Position numbers and translations under genes: made by a program. This document shows positions 1-9,519 of a stretch of 64,000 nt of DNA, piece by piece. Origin of the DNA: an uncultured Candidatus Saccharibacteria bacterium (GTDB lineage Bacteria > Patescibacteriota > Dojkabacteria > B142 > OLB20). The DNA is taken from assembly GCA_964461915.1 (NCBI GenBank), contig CAYWVD010000001.1:299168-363167 (forward strand). The letters are read 5' to 3'. Every line of letters begins with the position of its first letter. Within the stretch, counting starts at the first letter, position 1. The notes under the pieces were generated by a model that was not told the origin of the DNA, ran no database searches, and worked only from the letters and a program-made list of their open reading frames with translations.

Positions 1-514
1 CTTCGCTTAAGGCTATTGTTCTAAGAGTAAATCTTGAAATCGTTTTTGAATCAATTTCAATTTCTTGATCAACTGTTTTAGGTTTTTCAAGTTCAGAATC
101 AAATATAATTGATTCAAATTCGTTATCTTTCACTAGAACAAACTTGATGTTTTTAAAATCATCCTCTTCCAGATCAAAATATAGTAGATACTTAGAGGAG
201 TTATCTGAAGGATTTTTTACTTCAATAAACTTATAATCGTTAACTATTTCATCAAGAAGTCCATCAAGCTTTATATCTAGATTTAAGTTCGATTTATCAG
301 CATCTATAATATTATATTCAATATCGACATCGTCTATTAACTTTAATTCTCTTGAATTTATCCCCAAAACATAATCGCCATCTTGTTTTACACTCGGATT
401 GAGCCTCAATGCGAAATAGAATGAAATTGAGAAGATGAATAAAAGTAATACTGAAAGTATTAACTCAGTAGCAAAATTTAGCACCTTTAATTTGTTCTTT
501 TTTAAAATTTTCAT
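1..514 (-). CDS. hypothetical membrane-anchored protein; C-terminal part runs off the window start
   Basis: Reverse-strand ATG at 512-514 opens a frame reading MKILKKNKLKVLNFATELILSVLLLF... to the window edge. N-terminal hydrophobic segment. Not in the ORF track because it is incomplete. Confidence 0.3.
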   Translation of the reverse strand, partial: MKILKKNKLKVLNFATELILSVLLLFIFSISFYFALRLNPSVKQDGDYVLGINSRELKLIDDVDIEYNIIDADKSNLNLDIKLDGLLDEIVNDYKFIEVKNPSDNSSKYLLYFDLEEDDFKNIKFVLVKDNEFESIIFDSELEKPKTVDQEIEIDSKTISRFTLRTIALSE

Positions 515-537
515 ACTTTAATTTAAGCTTACTACTT

Positions 538-2091
538 TTAAACCAACAAATCTCTACCGGTCATTTCGAATGGTTTTTGAATACCTAGTAAAGATAAAAC
601 TGTCGGAGTAACATCTGCCAATATTCCAAAAGGGAATTCACGAGTTGTAAGGCCATCCTTAACTATTAAAACTGGAACAGGATTAGTTGAGTGTTTTGTA
701 TCAATATTACCTGTTTGAATATCAATCATTTCCTCAGCATTCCCATGATCAGAAGTTATTACAACCGCTCCTTTTTTGGACATAACTTTATCAATTATTC
801 GCCCTAAACATTGATCGGTTATCTCTACAGCTTTAACCGAGGCGTCAAGTACTCCAGTATGTGCAACCATATCCGGATTAGCATAATTGACTATGTAAAC
901 ATCGTATTCACCTTCGTCAATTTTTTGCAATAATAAATCAGTAACAGGAATAGAACTCATTTCAGGTTTTTGATCGTATGTTGCTACATCTCTGGGAGAA
1001 GGTACTTCAATTCTATCTTCGCCAGGATACTGGACTTGCTCACCTCCATTAATGAAATATGTTACATGGGGATATTTTTCAGATTCTGCGATCCTTAATT
1101 GTTTTAAGCCATTATCAGCTAAAACTCTTCCTAGAGGGTAAGTAATTTTATCGGGAGGAAATGCTTGAACTTTTGGAAACCCCTTTTCATAATTAGTCAT
1201 ACCAACAAAATATAAGTTTGGCATTATAGGTCTTTCCCATCCTGGAAATTCAGTATCTTCAAAAGCCCTTGTTATTTGAATTGCTCGATCCGCTCTATAA
1301 TTAAAGAATATTACAGCATCACCATCTTGGATTGTAGCTATAGGTTTTTCACCCTCAACAACAACATAGGGCTCTAAATATTCATCATATACACTTTTTC
1401 CATAACTATCAGCAAGGGCATCTTTCCAGTGTTTAACTGGAGATCCTTTACCTTGTACCATTAAATCGTAAGCCTTTCTTGTTCTTTCCCATCTTTCATC
1501 TCTATCCATTGCAAAATATCTTCCAACTACACTGGCAATTCTACCTCCACCGATTATTTTCAAATCAATCTCTAATCTTGATAAATATTTATCAGCACTT
1601 TGTGGAGGCGAATCGCGACCATCCGTAAATGCATGTACAAATAGTCTCGAAGCATCGACTTTTTCATTTTTAGCCATGTCGAGTAATGCGGTTAAATGGC
1701 CATAAGATGAATGGACCTGCCCACCTCCAACACATCCTATTATATGAACTGATTTGCCTTCACGAGTTTTTTTAAATGCATCTTTTAGTGCTTGATTGTC
1801 AAAAAATGTTTCACTATCAATGGCAGCGTCAATTCTAGGAAGCTCTTGAAATATGACTTTACCAGCACCTATATTCATATGACCAACCTCGCTATTACCG
1901 TCAACTCCATTAGGCAAGCCAACATGCAAACCTGATGCATGCAAATGACCATGAGGAAATTTTGGCCAATATTTATCTAGTATTGGGGTCTTTGCAAGAC
2001 TAATAGCATTACCAGGGCCCGGAGGAGCCACACCCATTCCGTCAATTATTACCAAAACTAAAGGTTTTGGCCTTTGAAATACATTACCCAA
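538..2091 (-). CDS. gpmI: 2,3-bisphosphoglycerate-independent phosphoglycerate mutase
   Basis: 517 aa. N-terminus PLVLVIIDGMGV and internal motifs (SGLHVGLP, NSEVGHMN, TSDHGN) typical of the iPGM family. Confidence 0.9.
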   Translation of the reverse strand: MGNVFQRPKPLVLVIIDGMGVAPPGPGNAISLAKTPILDKYWPKFPHGHLHASGLHVGLPNGVDGNSEVGHMNIGAGKVIFQELPRIDAAIDSETFFDNQALKDAFKKTREGKSVHIIGCVGGGQVHSSYGHLTALLDMAKNEKVDASRLFVHAFTDGRDSPPQSADKYLSRLEIDLKIIGGGRIASVVGRYFAMDRDERWERTRKAYDLMVQGKGSPVKHWKDALADSYGKSVYDEYLEPYVVVEGEKPIATIQDGDAVIFFNYRADRAIQITRAFEDTEFPGWERPIMPNLYFVGMTNYEKGFPKVQAFPPDKITYPLGRVLADNGLKQLRIAESEKYPHVTYFINGGEQVQYPGEDRIEVPSPRDVATYDQKPEMSSIPVTDLLLQKIDEGEYDVYIVNYANPDMVAHTGVLDASVKAVEITDQCLGRIIDKVMSKKGAVVITSDHGNAEEMIDIQTGNIDTKHSTNPVPVLIVKDGLTTREFPFGILADVTPTVLSLLGIQKPFEMTGRDLLV

Positions 2092-2161
2092 TACTGGTAA
2101 AATAAAATATAATCATTTATATATAATAAGTTTTTTCTATTTTTTTTCAAGTCAATTTAAA

Positions 2162-2683
2162 ATGTATCAACTTAAAACTAAAGAATTAAAAAAATTCTTA
2201 AAAAGGCGTTTCGATCATGATTTAGAAATTGCTTTGTATTTAGATAATTTTCAATACGCTAGGAATGTCGGCGAGATCTTTAGAATCGCCGATGCAACAA
2301 AAGTCAGGAAAGTTTTTATGGGTGGAACAACTCCAACTCCACCATTTGGAAAGGATCTTCAAAAAGTTTCAAGGAAGAAGGAAGATAAAATCCAATGGGA
2401 AAAGGTGATTAATCCAGCTAAAACTTTTGATAAACTTAAAAAAGAAGGATATTTAATTTTGGCTCTTGAAATTACAGATGAGAGTCCTTCTATTACTGAT
2501 TTCGATTATTCGGGCATTAATAAAGTAATTATAATTCTTGGGAATGAAGTCAATGGCATTCATAAGACAACTTTGAACTATGCAGATAAAAGTATTATGA
2601 TACCTATGTATGGTAAGGGAGCCTCTTTAAATGTGAGTGTTTCCGCTGCAATATTAATATATTTCTTAATTCTAAACATATAA
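2162..2683 (+). CDS. SpoU/TrmH-family RNA 2'-O-methyltransferase (SPOUT)
   Basis: 173 aa. C-terminal ILGNEVNGI...MIPMYGKGASLNVSVSAAILIY matches the SpoU methylase knot motifs. Confidence 0.7.
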   Translation: MYQLKTKELKKFLKRRFDHDLEIALYLDNFQYARNVGEIFRIADATKVRKVFMGGTTPTPPFGKDLQKVSRKKEDKIQWEKVINPAKTFDKLKKEGYLILALEITDESPSITDFDYSGINKVIIILGNEVNGIHKTTLNYADKSIMIPMYGKGASLNVSVSAAILIYFLILNI

Positions 2684-4104
2684 TGGATAATAAAAGGACA
2701 AAAATAGTTTGTACAATTGGCCCCTCAACATGGATTCCTGAAAATTTAAAAGGAATTATTGATAAGGGTATGAATGTAGCTCGAATAAATGGCGCATTTG
2801 CTGATTTAGATGAGCTTAAAAGAGTCGCGGAATCTATCAGAGCACTCTCTAATGATGTTGCCTTAATGCTTGATATCAAAGGTCATGAAGTTAGATTGAA
2901 CAAATTTCAGGAACCAATACCTGTTAAAGAGGGCGATGAAGTGATTTTGGGTCAAGAAGATGATCGCATTTATACTTCAACTTATCTTGATTTATATAAA
3001 GATATAAATCCTGGCCAAATTATCATTATTGATAAGGGAGCTGTAGAACTAGTTGTCGAAAAAATTGAGGATAAAAAAATATATTGTAAGGTTAAAAGGG
3101 GAGAGGTTATTAAAGGTGGAAAGGGCATGAACATTCCCGGTTCGCATCTTTCAAATCCTCCTTTAACTGCAAAAGATATCGAACAAATCGACTTTGTAAT
3201 AAAAGATAATTGGGATTTTGTTGCCGCATCTTTCATTCGCAACGATAAAGATATTCTTGAAATTAAAAAGCATTTAGGAGACTCAAAAATTCAATTAATT
3301 GCAAAGATAGAAGATCAGCAAGGCGTAGATAATTTTGAAAGTATTCTAAAAGTATCAGATGGAATAATGATTGCAAGAGGCGATATGGGCTCAGAAATTC
3401 CTTTTGAAAGACTTCCAATAATTCAAAAAGAAATCATTTATGCTTGTAATCAAGCCGCAAAGCCTGTAATAACAGCAACAAATATGCTTGAATCGATGGT
3501 TGAAGCCCCGTTCCCAACTAGAGCAGAAATCACCGATGTAGCAAATGCAGTCTTAGATGGAAGCGATTCTTTAATGACCTCTGCAGAAACATCCAGCGGT
3601 AAATATCCAGTAGTCAGTGTAGAAACAATGACTAAAATTTCCAAAGAAAGTGAAAAACATATTGAAGCTTCATTAATCGAACCCTTACAACTAGAAGATA
3701 AAAAAATCAATGTTGCCATGGCTAATGCAGCTTACGAAATGTATATGGAACTCGAAGATATTACAAAAATTGTTGTGTTTACTCAAACGGGAGCCACAGC
3801 CAGAATTATTTCCCGCCTTAATATCCCAGTAGATACCATTGCCTTTGTAATGAACGATACTATAAAAAGACAATTAAACTTAACAAAAGGTATTAAAAGC
3901 TTTGTTATAAATAAAACCTGGGTTGATAGAGACGAAGTAGTCAAAGGAATGATTTACTTCGGAATCGAAAACAATATTTTTTCAAAATCCGATAAAATTT
4001 TATTAATCGGTAGTAGTAAAAGAACAAGCGAGGGTGGTACTAATCCGGTATATCCAAACATTTTTGAATACATTGAGATTTCGGAATTCCTTGACAAAGA
4101 CTAA
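2683..4104 (+). CDS. pyk: pyruvate kinase
   Basis: 473 aa. TKIVCTIGPS...MVARGDMG...MLESM motifs of pyruvate kinase. Confidence 0.9.
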   Translation: MDNKRTKIVCTIGPSTWIPENLKGIIDKGMNVARINGAFADLDELKRVAESIRALSNDVALMLDIKGHEVRLNKFQEPIPVKEGDEVILGQEDDRIYTSTYLDLYKDINPGQIIIIDKGAVELVVEKIEDKKIYCKVKRGEVIKGGKGMNIPGSHLSNPPLTAKDIEQIDFVIKDNWDFVAASFIRNDKDILEIKKHLGDSKIQLIAKIEDQQGVDNFESILKVSDGIMIARGDMGSEIPFERLPIIQKEIIYACNQAAKPVITATNMLESMVEAPFPTRAEITDVANAVLDGSDSLMTSAETSSGKYPVVSVETMTKISKESEKHIEASLIEPLQLEDKKINVAMANAAYEMYMELEDITKIVVFTQTGATARIISRLNIPVDTIAFVMNDTIKRQLNLTKGIKSFVINKTWVDRDEVVKGMIYFGIENNIFSKSDKILLIGSSKRTSEGGTNPVYPNIFEYIEISEFLDKD

Positions 4105-4119
4105 GTCACTTTGTTTTAA

Positions 4120-4200
4120 TGTTCTCATATCAAATTTTTGAAGTTAGGTGAAATTCCTACACTGTGCCGCAACGGTAAAGTCCGACCTATTTTATTTAGT
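4120..4200 (+). promoter_or_regulatory. candidate compact cobalamin-type riboswitch aptamer
   Basis: AGGTGAAATTCC followed by CTGTGCCGCAACGGTAAAGTCCGACC resembles the GGUGNAAAUCC / GCNGCNNCGGUAA / AAGUC(B12-box) core of cobalamin riboswitches. An AGGT...ACCT helix closes it. A terminator follows immediately, and the downstream genes are DUF4430-like plus a small multi-TM protein. Confidence 0.3.
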
Positions 4201-4248
4201 TCCGAGCAGAACTCAATTAAATCTCTCTGCTCGGAGAGATTTTTTATA
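4201..4248 (+). terminator. intrinsic terminator (possibly the riboswitch expression platform; also serves pyk)
   Basis: 10-bp perfect stem TCCGAGCAGA / TCTGCTCGGA with a 15-nt loop, followed by GAGATTTTTTATATTTT. Confidence 0.55.
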
Positions 4249-4256
4249 TTTTCATT

Positions 4257-4682
4257 ATGAACAAAAAAATCCTAATAATAGCCATCACAATCATTGTTCT
4301 TGGCTTTGCCATTTTTTATTTTGTTAACAAACAAAATAATCCCGTTACAGACAATTTTGTAGTTACAACTTTTAAAGAAGAAATTTTTACGATAGAAGTT
4401 GTTGCAAAAGAAGGCGAGACACTACGATATCCATTTGCATCCTTGAATGACGAAACACTTGAACAAACACTTGATATAGCCGTAGAAGATAATCAATTTG
4501 CATATACAAAACAAGTTTCTGATTTTGGATCTTTTGTAACATCAATTAATGAAATTGCTGCTGATCCTACAAAGGAGTTCTGGAGTATTAAAATTAATGG
4601 AGTAGATAGTTTAGTTGGCATTTCTCAAATCAATCCTAACGAAAACGATGTAATTCAATTTATCTTAACTCAATTTAATTAA
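4257..4682 (+). CDS. DUF4430-like small secreted/anchored protein (possible cobalamin-binding accessory protein)
   Basis: 141 aa. N-terminal signal anchor, then a soluble domain with a W-S-IKING-like motif characteristic of DUF4430/transcobalamin-like proteins. Confidence 0.35.
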   Translation: MNKKILIIAITIIVLGFAIFYFVNKQNNPVTDNFVVTTFKEEIFTIEVVAKEGETLRYPFASLNDETLEQTLDIAVEDNQFAYTKQVSDFGSFVTSINEIAADPTKEFWSIKINGVDSLVGISQINPNENDVIQFILTQFN

Positions 4683-4687
4683 TCAAA

Positions 4688-5254
4688 ATGAAAAACAAGA
4701 CCAATCTTTTAATTATCGCAATATTTTCTTTGTGGACGATTCTATTTAGAACAAGTTTACATATAGCGCCTAATATTGAATTTGTAACAGCATTATCTGC
4801 CTTGTCAGGTTATTTACTATATAAAGATTCAAAAGCATACCTGATTCCTTTATTAGTCATGGGAATAACCGATCTCATTATTGGCAACTCCATAATTTTC
4901 TTATTTACATGGTCAGGCTTTTTATTGCCTGTGTTATTATCCAAAAAATTATTTAATAAAAGATTATTTTCAAATAATAAAACTTTAGATAAATTATTTG
5001 GTTCAATTCTAATTGGACTAAGTTCAACAGTTTTCTTCTTTTTGTGGACTAATTTTGGTGTTGTGATAACAACCGAGATGTATTCAAAAGATTTATTTGG
5101 ATTATTCTCAAGTTATTTTAACGCATTGCCATTTTTAAAGATGCAATTAGTTGGGAATTTATTCTTTGTCCCAGCATTTATATTCGCAGGAGATTTTATA
5201 GTTAATAACTTACCTACTCTCAAAGCGAAACTATCTACTTTAAAGCAAAAATAA
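4688..5254 (+). CDS. small polytopic membrane protein, ECF-transporter S-component-like (CbrT-like?)
   Basis: 188 aa with about 5-6 predicted TM segments. Size and topology fit ECF S components. Sits directly downstream of the DUF4430-like gene. Confidence 0.3.
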   Translation: MKNKTNLLIIAIFSLWTILFRTSLHIAPNIEFVTALSALSGYLLYKDSKAYLIPLLVMGITDLIIGNSIIFLFTWSGFLLPVLLSKKLFNKRLFSNNKTLDKLFGSILIGLSSTVFFFLWTNFGVVITTEMYSKDLFGLFSSYFNALPFLKMQLVGNLFFVPAFIFAGDFIVNNLPTLKAKLSTLKQK

Positions 5255-5276
5255 TTGATATAATCATTTAGCAGAT

Positions 5277-5347
5277 TGCCGGATCGTCTAATGGTAGGAC
5301 GAGGGTTTCTGGAACCTTTAATCTAAGTTCGATTCTTAGTCCGGCAA
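5277..5347 (+). tRNA. tRNA-Gln (anticodon CTG)
   Basis: Cloverleaf folded by hand: acceptor TGCCGGA/TCCGGCA, D stem GTCT/GGAC, anticodon stem AGGGT/ACCTT with loop TTCTGGA (U33, CTG, purine 37), T arm CTAAG-TTCGATT-CTTAG, discriminator A. Confidence 0.8.
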
Positions 5348-5419
5348 TTTTTTATTTCCAAAGCTTTTAAAAAAAATATATAATTTAGAAATATTCAAAT
5401 ATTTTATGGAAATTTCTAT

Positions 5420-6118
5420 ATGAATCAATCTCAAGACTATCTTTTGTTACTTCTTCATCAATTAAAAACCCCACTAACTGGGAATAAATGGTTCCTAGAA
5501 TTAATGCTGGATAAGGATTATAGCGTGTTAACCGGAAAGCAAAAAGAAATTATTAATGACTTATCCTTTAACAATGATCTTATGATGACTTTAGTTAAGG
5601 ATATGTTAACCCTTGTTAACTTTGAGAAAAACCAAGGCACAAAATTACATTTAGAAGAAATTGATCTTAGAGAAGTTATTAAAGCAGAAGTAACTAAAGT
5701 CACTCTTATGCTAAAGAAAAAAGAGTTAAAAATTAACTATATTGGATTTGAAGAACCAACGATAATAAAGATTGATAAAATAAAGATTGGCCTTGCTATT
5801 CAAAACATAATTAATAACGCGATCAAATACTCTAAAGAAGATACTGAAATTAGGATAGAAATAAAAAAGCATAAAGATTCAATTACTTTAGAAATTCAAG
5901 ATAGTGGGATCGGAATCCCAAAAAGTGAAGTTCCAAATATATTTGGGAAGTTTTACAGATCAAGTAATGCAATAAAAAATGAAACCGAGGGATCTGGTTT
6001 AGGTTTATATTTAACAAGGAAAATTATTCAAATGCATAAAGCTGACATCTGGTTTGAATCTCGTGAAAATTTTGGTACAATTTTTTATATAAAATTCAAT
6101 TTAAAAAATAGTAAATGA
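5420..6118 (+). CDS. sensor-less histidine kinase (HisKA + HATPase_c only)
   Basis: 232 aa. H-box HQLKTPLT at the extreme N-terminus, N/G1/G2 boxes (NIINNAIKYS, DSGIGIP, GSGLGLYL). No TM or sensor domain. Confidence 0.75.
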   Translation: MNQSQDYLLLLLHQLKTPLTGNKWFLELMLDKDYSVLTGKQKEIINDLSFNNDLMMTLVKDMLTLVNFEKNQGTKLHLEEIDLREVIKAEVTKVTLMLKKKELKINYIGFEEPTIIKIDKIKIGLAIQNIINNAIKYSKEDTEIRIEIKKHKDSITLEIQDSGIGIPKSEVPNIFGKFYRSSNAIKNETEGSGLGLYLTRKIIQMHKADIWFESRENFGTIFYIKFNLKNSK

Positions 6119-6486
6119 AAAAACACAAATTACTTTTAGTCGGAGATGAAAAGCCTTTAGCTAAGGCTTTAATGCTTAAACTGAACGACAGTAATTTTAA
6201 TGTCGAATATGTTGATAATGGTACTGAGGCTTATAATCAAATACAAAAAAATACTTACGATCTGGTTTTACTAGATTTGGTATTACCCGGTATGAATGGG
6301 TTTACAGTACTTGAAAAAGCATCTAAGGACAAGAATCCCAATCCCATATTGGTATTTTCAAACCTATCTCAAGAAGAAGATATTCAAAAAGTTTTGTCTA
6401 TGGGTGCCATTGGATACCTAATAAAATCAGACACCTCTTTAAATGAATTAATAACATATATTAATAATTATCTCGGCAAAAAATGA
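6115..6486 (+). CDS. single-domain response regulator (CheY-like receiver)
   Basis: 123 aa. LLVGDE...DLVLLDLVLPGMNG...K receiver motifs. ATGA overlap with the kinase gene. Confidence 0.8.
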   Translation: MKKHKLLLVGDEKPLAKALMLKLNDSNFNVEYVDNGTEAYNQIQKNTYDLVLLDLVLPGMNGFTVLEKASKDKNPNPILVFSNLSQEEDIQKVLSMGAIGYLIKSDTSLNELITYINNYLGKK

Positions 6487-8147
6487 ATTTAAATACTGCC
6501 CAAATTCTAGATTTATTAGTAAAACAAAAATACTTAGATAAAGAAGAAATTGATCAAGCCTTAAAGAAATCTCCGTCTGATATTTTTGAACAACTTTTCC
6601 AAGATCAAGTATTAACATACGATCTATTAGGACAAGCAATTGCTGAATCTTTCGGTCTTGAATTTTTCAATTTTGAAATTAAAAAACCAGACTCGGATCT
6701 TTTAAAAAATTTCGATAAAAATTTATTACTTAAATATAAATTAGTTCCAATTAAACTCGATGGTAAAGAAGTTGAGTTTTCTACATGCAATCCTGAAAAT
6801 ATTAAAGATCTTCTAGCTAAATTTAAAAAGTCTGATCCAAGTCTAAAAATTAAGTTCTTCTACTCCAATGAATCTGACATTGACACCTATTTATCAAGTA
6901 TTAAAGATCCTTTAAAGGATAGGCTGGCTAAGTTTGAATCCAATGCAATACCTGAGATTTTTAACGAGATATTATCTGATGCCATTAATATGAAGGCTTC
7001 TGATATTCACATGGAGCCTCAGGAAGATAAATCAGTAATTATTAAATTCAGAATTGATGGTATTTTAAAAATAATAACCGATATTTCATACGATCTTTTC
7101 CAAAGGATTTTAAACAGAATCAAAATCCAAGCTGGACTTCGAATAGATGAACACAACAAGCCCCAAGATGGAGCTTTAAGATACCATTTTGCTCAAAGAA
7201 TTATGGATTTTAGAATTTCAATTGTACCTGTATTAAATGGGGAAAAAATTGCAATTAGGATATTATCAGATTATATCCGTAGTCTTAGCTTAGAAGAATT
7301 AGGACTATCTGAAAGGAATCAAAAATTAATTTCCGATTCATACAAAAAAACATATGGAATGATTTTGACAACTGGCCCAACAGGGTCTGGTAAAACTACT
7401 ACTTTATATTCGATTATCAAAAAACTCAAAAGGCCGGAGATTAATATTACTACTATTGAAGATCCTATTGAGTATAGGATTCCAGGGATCAACCAAATTC
7501 AAATCAATCAAAAAAACAATATTACTTTTGCAAATGGCTTAAGGTCCATCGTTAGACAAGACCCAAATCTTATTCTAGTAGGAGAAATTAGAGATAACGA
7601 GACGGCTGAGATCGCTATTAACGCCGCATTAACTGGTCATCTTTTACTTTCAACTTTCCATGCAAATGATGCTGCAACAAGTATCCCTAGATTGATCGAT
7701 ATGGGTATAGAACCATTCCTTTTAAGTTCCACTATAAATCTGGTTATTGCGCAAAGACTTGTCAGAAGACTATGTCCAAACTGTAGATATAGTTACGAAA
7801 TTACCAATTCTGAGATCGAAACAAATTATGGTTATTTTCCCAAAAAGTTATTGAAGGCTGGCATGCGTTTTTATAAAGGGAAAGGCTGTTTAAAATGCAA
7901 TGAGACTGGCTTTCAAGGTCGAATAGGTATTTTCGAATTGATCTATATAACTAAGGAAATTCAAGAATTAATTATGACTAATCCAACATCTCAGGACATT
8001 TGGAAAATAGCTTCAAATCAAGGTGCCATTTCTTTGTTTGAAGATGGTTGGGAAAAGGTTCAAGCAGGTATTACAAGTATTGATGAATTAGTAAGAGTAG
8101 CACCAATAACATTAAGTTCGTCATATGTTTATGAAACAAAAAAATAG
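6483..8147 (+). CDS. pilB: type IV pilus assembly ATPase PilB (GspE family)
   Basis: 554 aa. N-terminal GSPII domain, Walker A TTGPTGSGKTTTLYS, Asp and His boxes, tetracysteine CPNC...CLKC motif. Confidence 0.9.
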   Translation: MNLNTAQILDLLVKQKYLDKEEIDQALKKSPSDIFEQLFQDQVLTYDLLGQAIAESFGLEFFNFEIKKPDSDLLKNFDKNLLLKYKLVPIKLDGKEVEFSTCNPENIKDLLAKFKKSDPSLKIKFFYSNESDIDTYLSSIKDPLKDRLAKFESNAIPEIFNEILSDAINMKASDIHMEPQEDKSVIIKFRIDGILKIITDISYDLFQRILNRIKIQAGLRIDEHNKPQDGALRYHFAQRIMDFRISIVPVLNGEKIAIRILSDYIRSLSLEELGLSERNQKLISDSYKKTYGMILTTGPTGSGKTTTLYSIIKKLKRPEINITTIEDPIEYRIPGINQIQINQKNNITFANGLRSIVRQDPNLILVGEIRDNETAEIAINAALTGHLLLSTFHANDAATSIPRLIDMGIEPFLLSSTINLVIAQRLVRRLCPNCRYSYEITNSEIETNYGYFPKKLLKAGMRFYKGKGCLKCNETGFQGRIGIFELIYITKEIQELIMTNPTSQDIWKIASNQGAISLFEDGWEKVQAGITSIDELVRVAPITLSSSYVYETKK

Positions 8148-9519
8148 TTTTTTTTATAATTTAAAAAAGACTCTTACAAAAGAAATTGGCTTTTCTAAAG
8201 CTAAAACTGCTTTTTTTGAAAATCTAGCTTTAATGATCTCTTCTGGAGTTAATATTGAAAAAGCTTTCGAAACATTACAAAAAGAAACCACTGATTTAGC
8301 TTTTAAAGATAATATCGAATACATTAAAACTGAAATACTTAATGGAAATCCATTCTGGCTAACCCTAAAAAATGAAAAAATAATACCTGAACATATTGTC
8401 TCAATTGTTAGAATAGGCGAAGAATCTGGCACACTATCCAAAAACTTATTGATGGCTTCGGAACAAATGAAAAAAGATAATGAATTCGTTTCTAGGATCC
8501 GTTCAGCAAGCATATATCCAATAATTATTTTCTCTCTATTAATAATAATTTCCGCTGGAATTGCGGTATTTATATTACCAAGGTTCTCTCAAATCTATAA
8601 AAGTTTTAATACTGAATTACCTACTGTAACTCAAATTTTTGTAAATCTAGGCGATTTCTTTCAAAATTACGGATTGATTGTCGTCCCAATTTTCCTAGTG
8701 TTTATGGGTATTTTGATCTATGTTTTGTTTTTTAATAGTAAAACTAAACACATAGGCCAATCGATCCTTTTAAGCATTCCTGGCATTAAACAAATAATTC
8801 AAGAGGTTGAATTTGCCCGATTTGGATATATTATGGGCAATTTATTAGATATTGGAGTACCCGCAGACAAAGCCCTTGAAATAATCGCCAAAACTACGTC
8901 CTATAGATCGTTTAGAAGTGTATATGTTCATCTTCAAGATGAAATTACTAAAGGATTTACATTTAACGATGCTTTTTCAACATATCCTAAAATCCATAAA
9001 TGGTTCAATGAATCGATAATTGAACTAATCTCAACCGGAGAACAAACAGGTAATCTTAGTGAAATTTTTATTAAGATATTTGATATATATTCAAAAAAGA
9101 ATGAGCTTTCTTCAAAAAACATTTCTACTTTATTCGAACCTATCTTATTAATTATTGTATGGATCGGTGTAGCGTTTATGGCCATTTCAGTTATCATGCC
9201 GATCTATAACATTGTCGGCAACTTAAATGATCTAACTGGATCAAATAGTTCAACGCTTGTCCAGACTGATAATCAGGTAAAAGTAACAACTACTATAAAG
9301 ACTGACAATGTTACTAATATTATTTCAAAACAATTGAAAATTAATACTACTGATACCGGATATGTTAATATTCGAGACTCAATAGGTGGTAAGCTTATAG
9401 CTAAAGCTAAATCCGGGGAGTTTTATGAAATCTCAGGATATAATGCGGGCTGGTATAAAATTACGATCAACGGAAAAACAGGCTGGGTCAACGCTACAAA
9501 TATTACAGTATTACCATGA
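8125..9519 (+). CDS. pilC: type IV pilus platform protein PilC (two GspF domains) with C-terminal SH3b-like domain
   Basis: 464 aa. Two GspF repeats and three TM segments, then a roughly 90-aa extension ending ...GEFYEISGYNAGWYKITINGKTGWVNATNITVL, which is typical of bacterial SH3 (SH3_3) domains. Confidence 0.85.
   Translation: MFMKQKNSFFYNLKKTLTKEIGFSKAKTAFFENLALMISSGVNIEKAFETLQKETTDLAFKDNIEYIKTEILNGNPFWLTLKNEKIIPEHIVSIVRIGEESGTLSKNLLMASEQMKKDNEFVSRIRSASIYPIIIFSLLIIISAGIAVFILPRFSQIYKSFNTELPTVTQIFVNLGDFFQNYGLIVVPIFLVFMGILIYVLFFNSKTKHIGQSILLSIPGIKQIIQEVEFARFGYIMGNLLDIGVPADKALEIIAKTTSYRSFRSVYVHLQDEITKGFTFNDAFSTYPKIHKWFNESIIELISTGEQTGNLSEIFIKIFDIYSKKNELSSKNISTLFEPILLIIVWIGVAFMAISVIMPIYNIVGNLNDLTGSNSSTLVQTDNQVKVTTTIKTDNVTNIISKQLKINTTDTGYVNIRDSIGGKLIAKAKSGEFYEISGYNAGWYKITINGKTGWVNATNITVLP

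Noticed and set aside
2604-3873. Several 60-91 aa reverse-strand ORFs in the track (2604-2879, 2982-3242, 3450-3719, 3691-3873) inside pyk and the methyltransferase gene
   Set aside because: They lie entirely antisense within well-supported genes and have low-complexity composition, so they are frame shadows. The same applies to 5518-5703, 6448-6790, 8154-8513, 8934-9197, 11175-11568, 12712-12960, 16601-16801, 20982-21475, 21841-22023, 22337-22552, 22850-23173, 24628-24822, 25899-26084, 26220-26657, 26916-27104, 27973-28326, 28678-28863, 30365-30565, 31278-31463, 31990-32181, 33258-33650, 34675-34863, 35137-35370, 35624-35821, 38886-39071, 41057-41362, 43068-43259, 44222-44857, 45400-45630, 45652-45873, 46571-47017, 53352-53672, 53945-54130, 54342-54545, 55000-55209, 57275-57568, 58038-58504, 58984-59221, 60561-60773 and 62307-62567.
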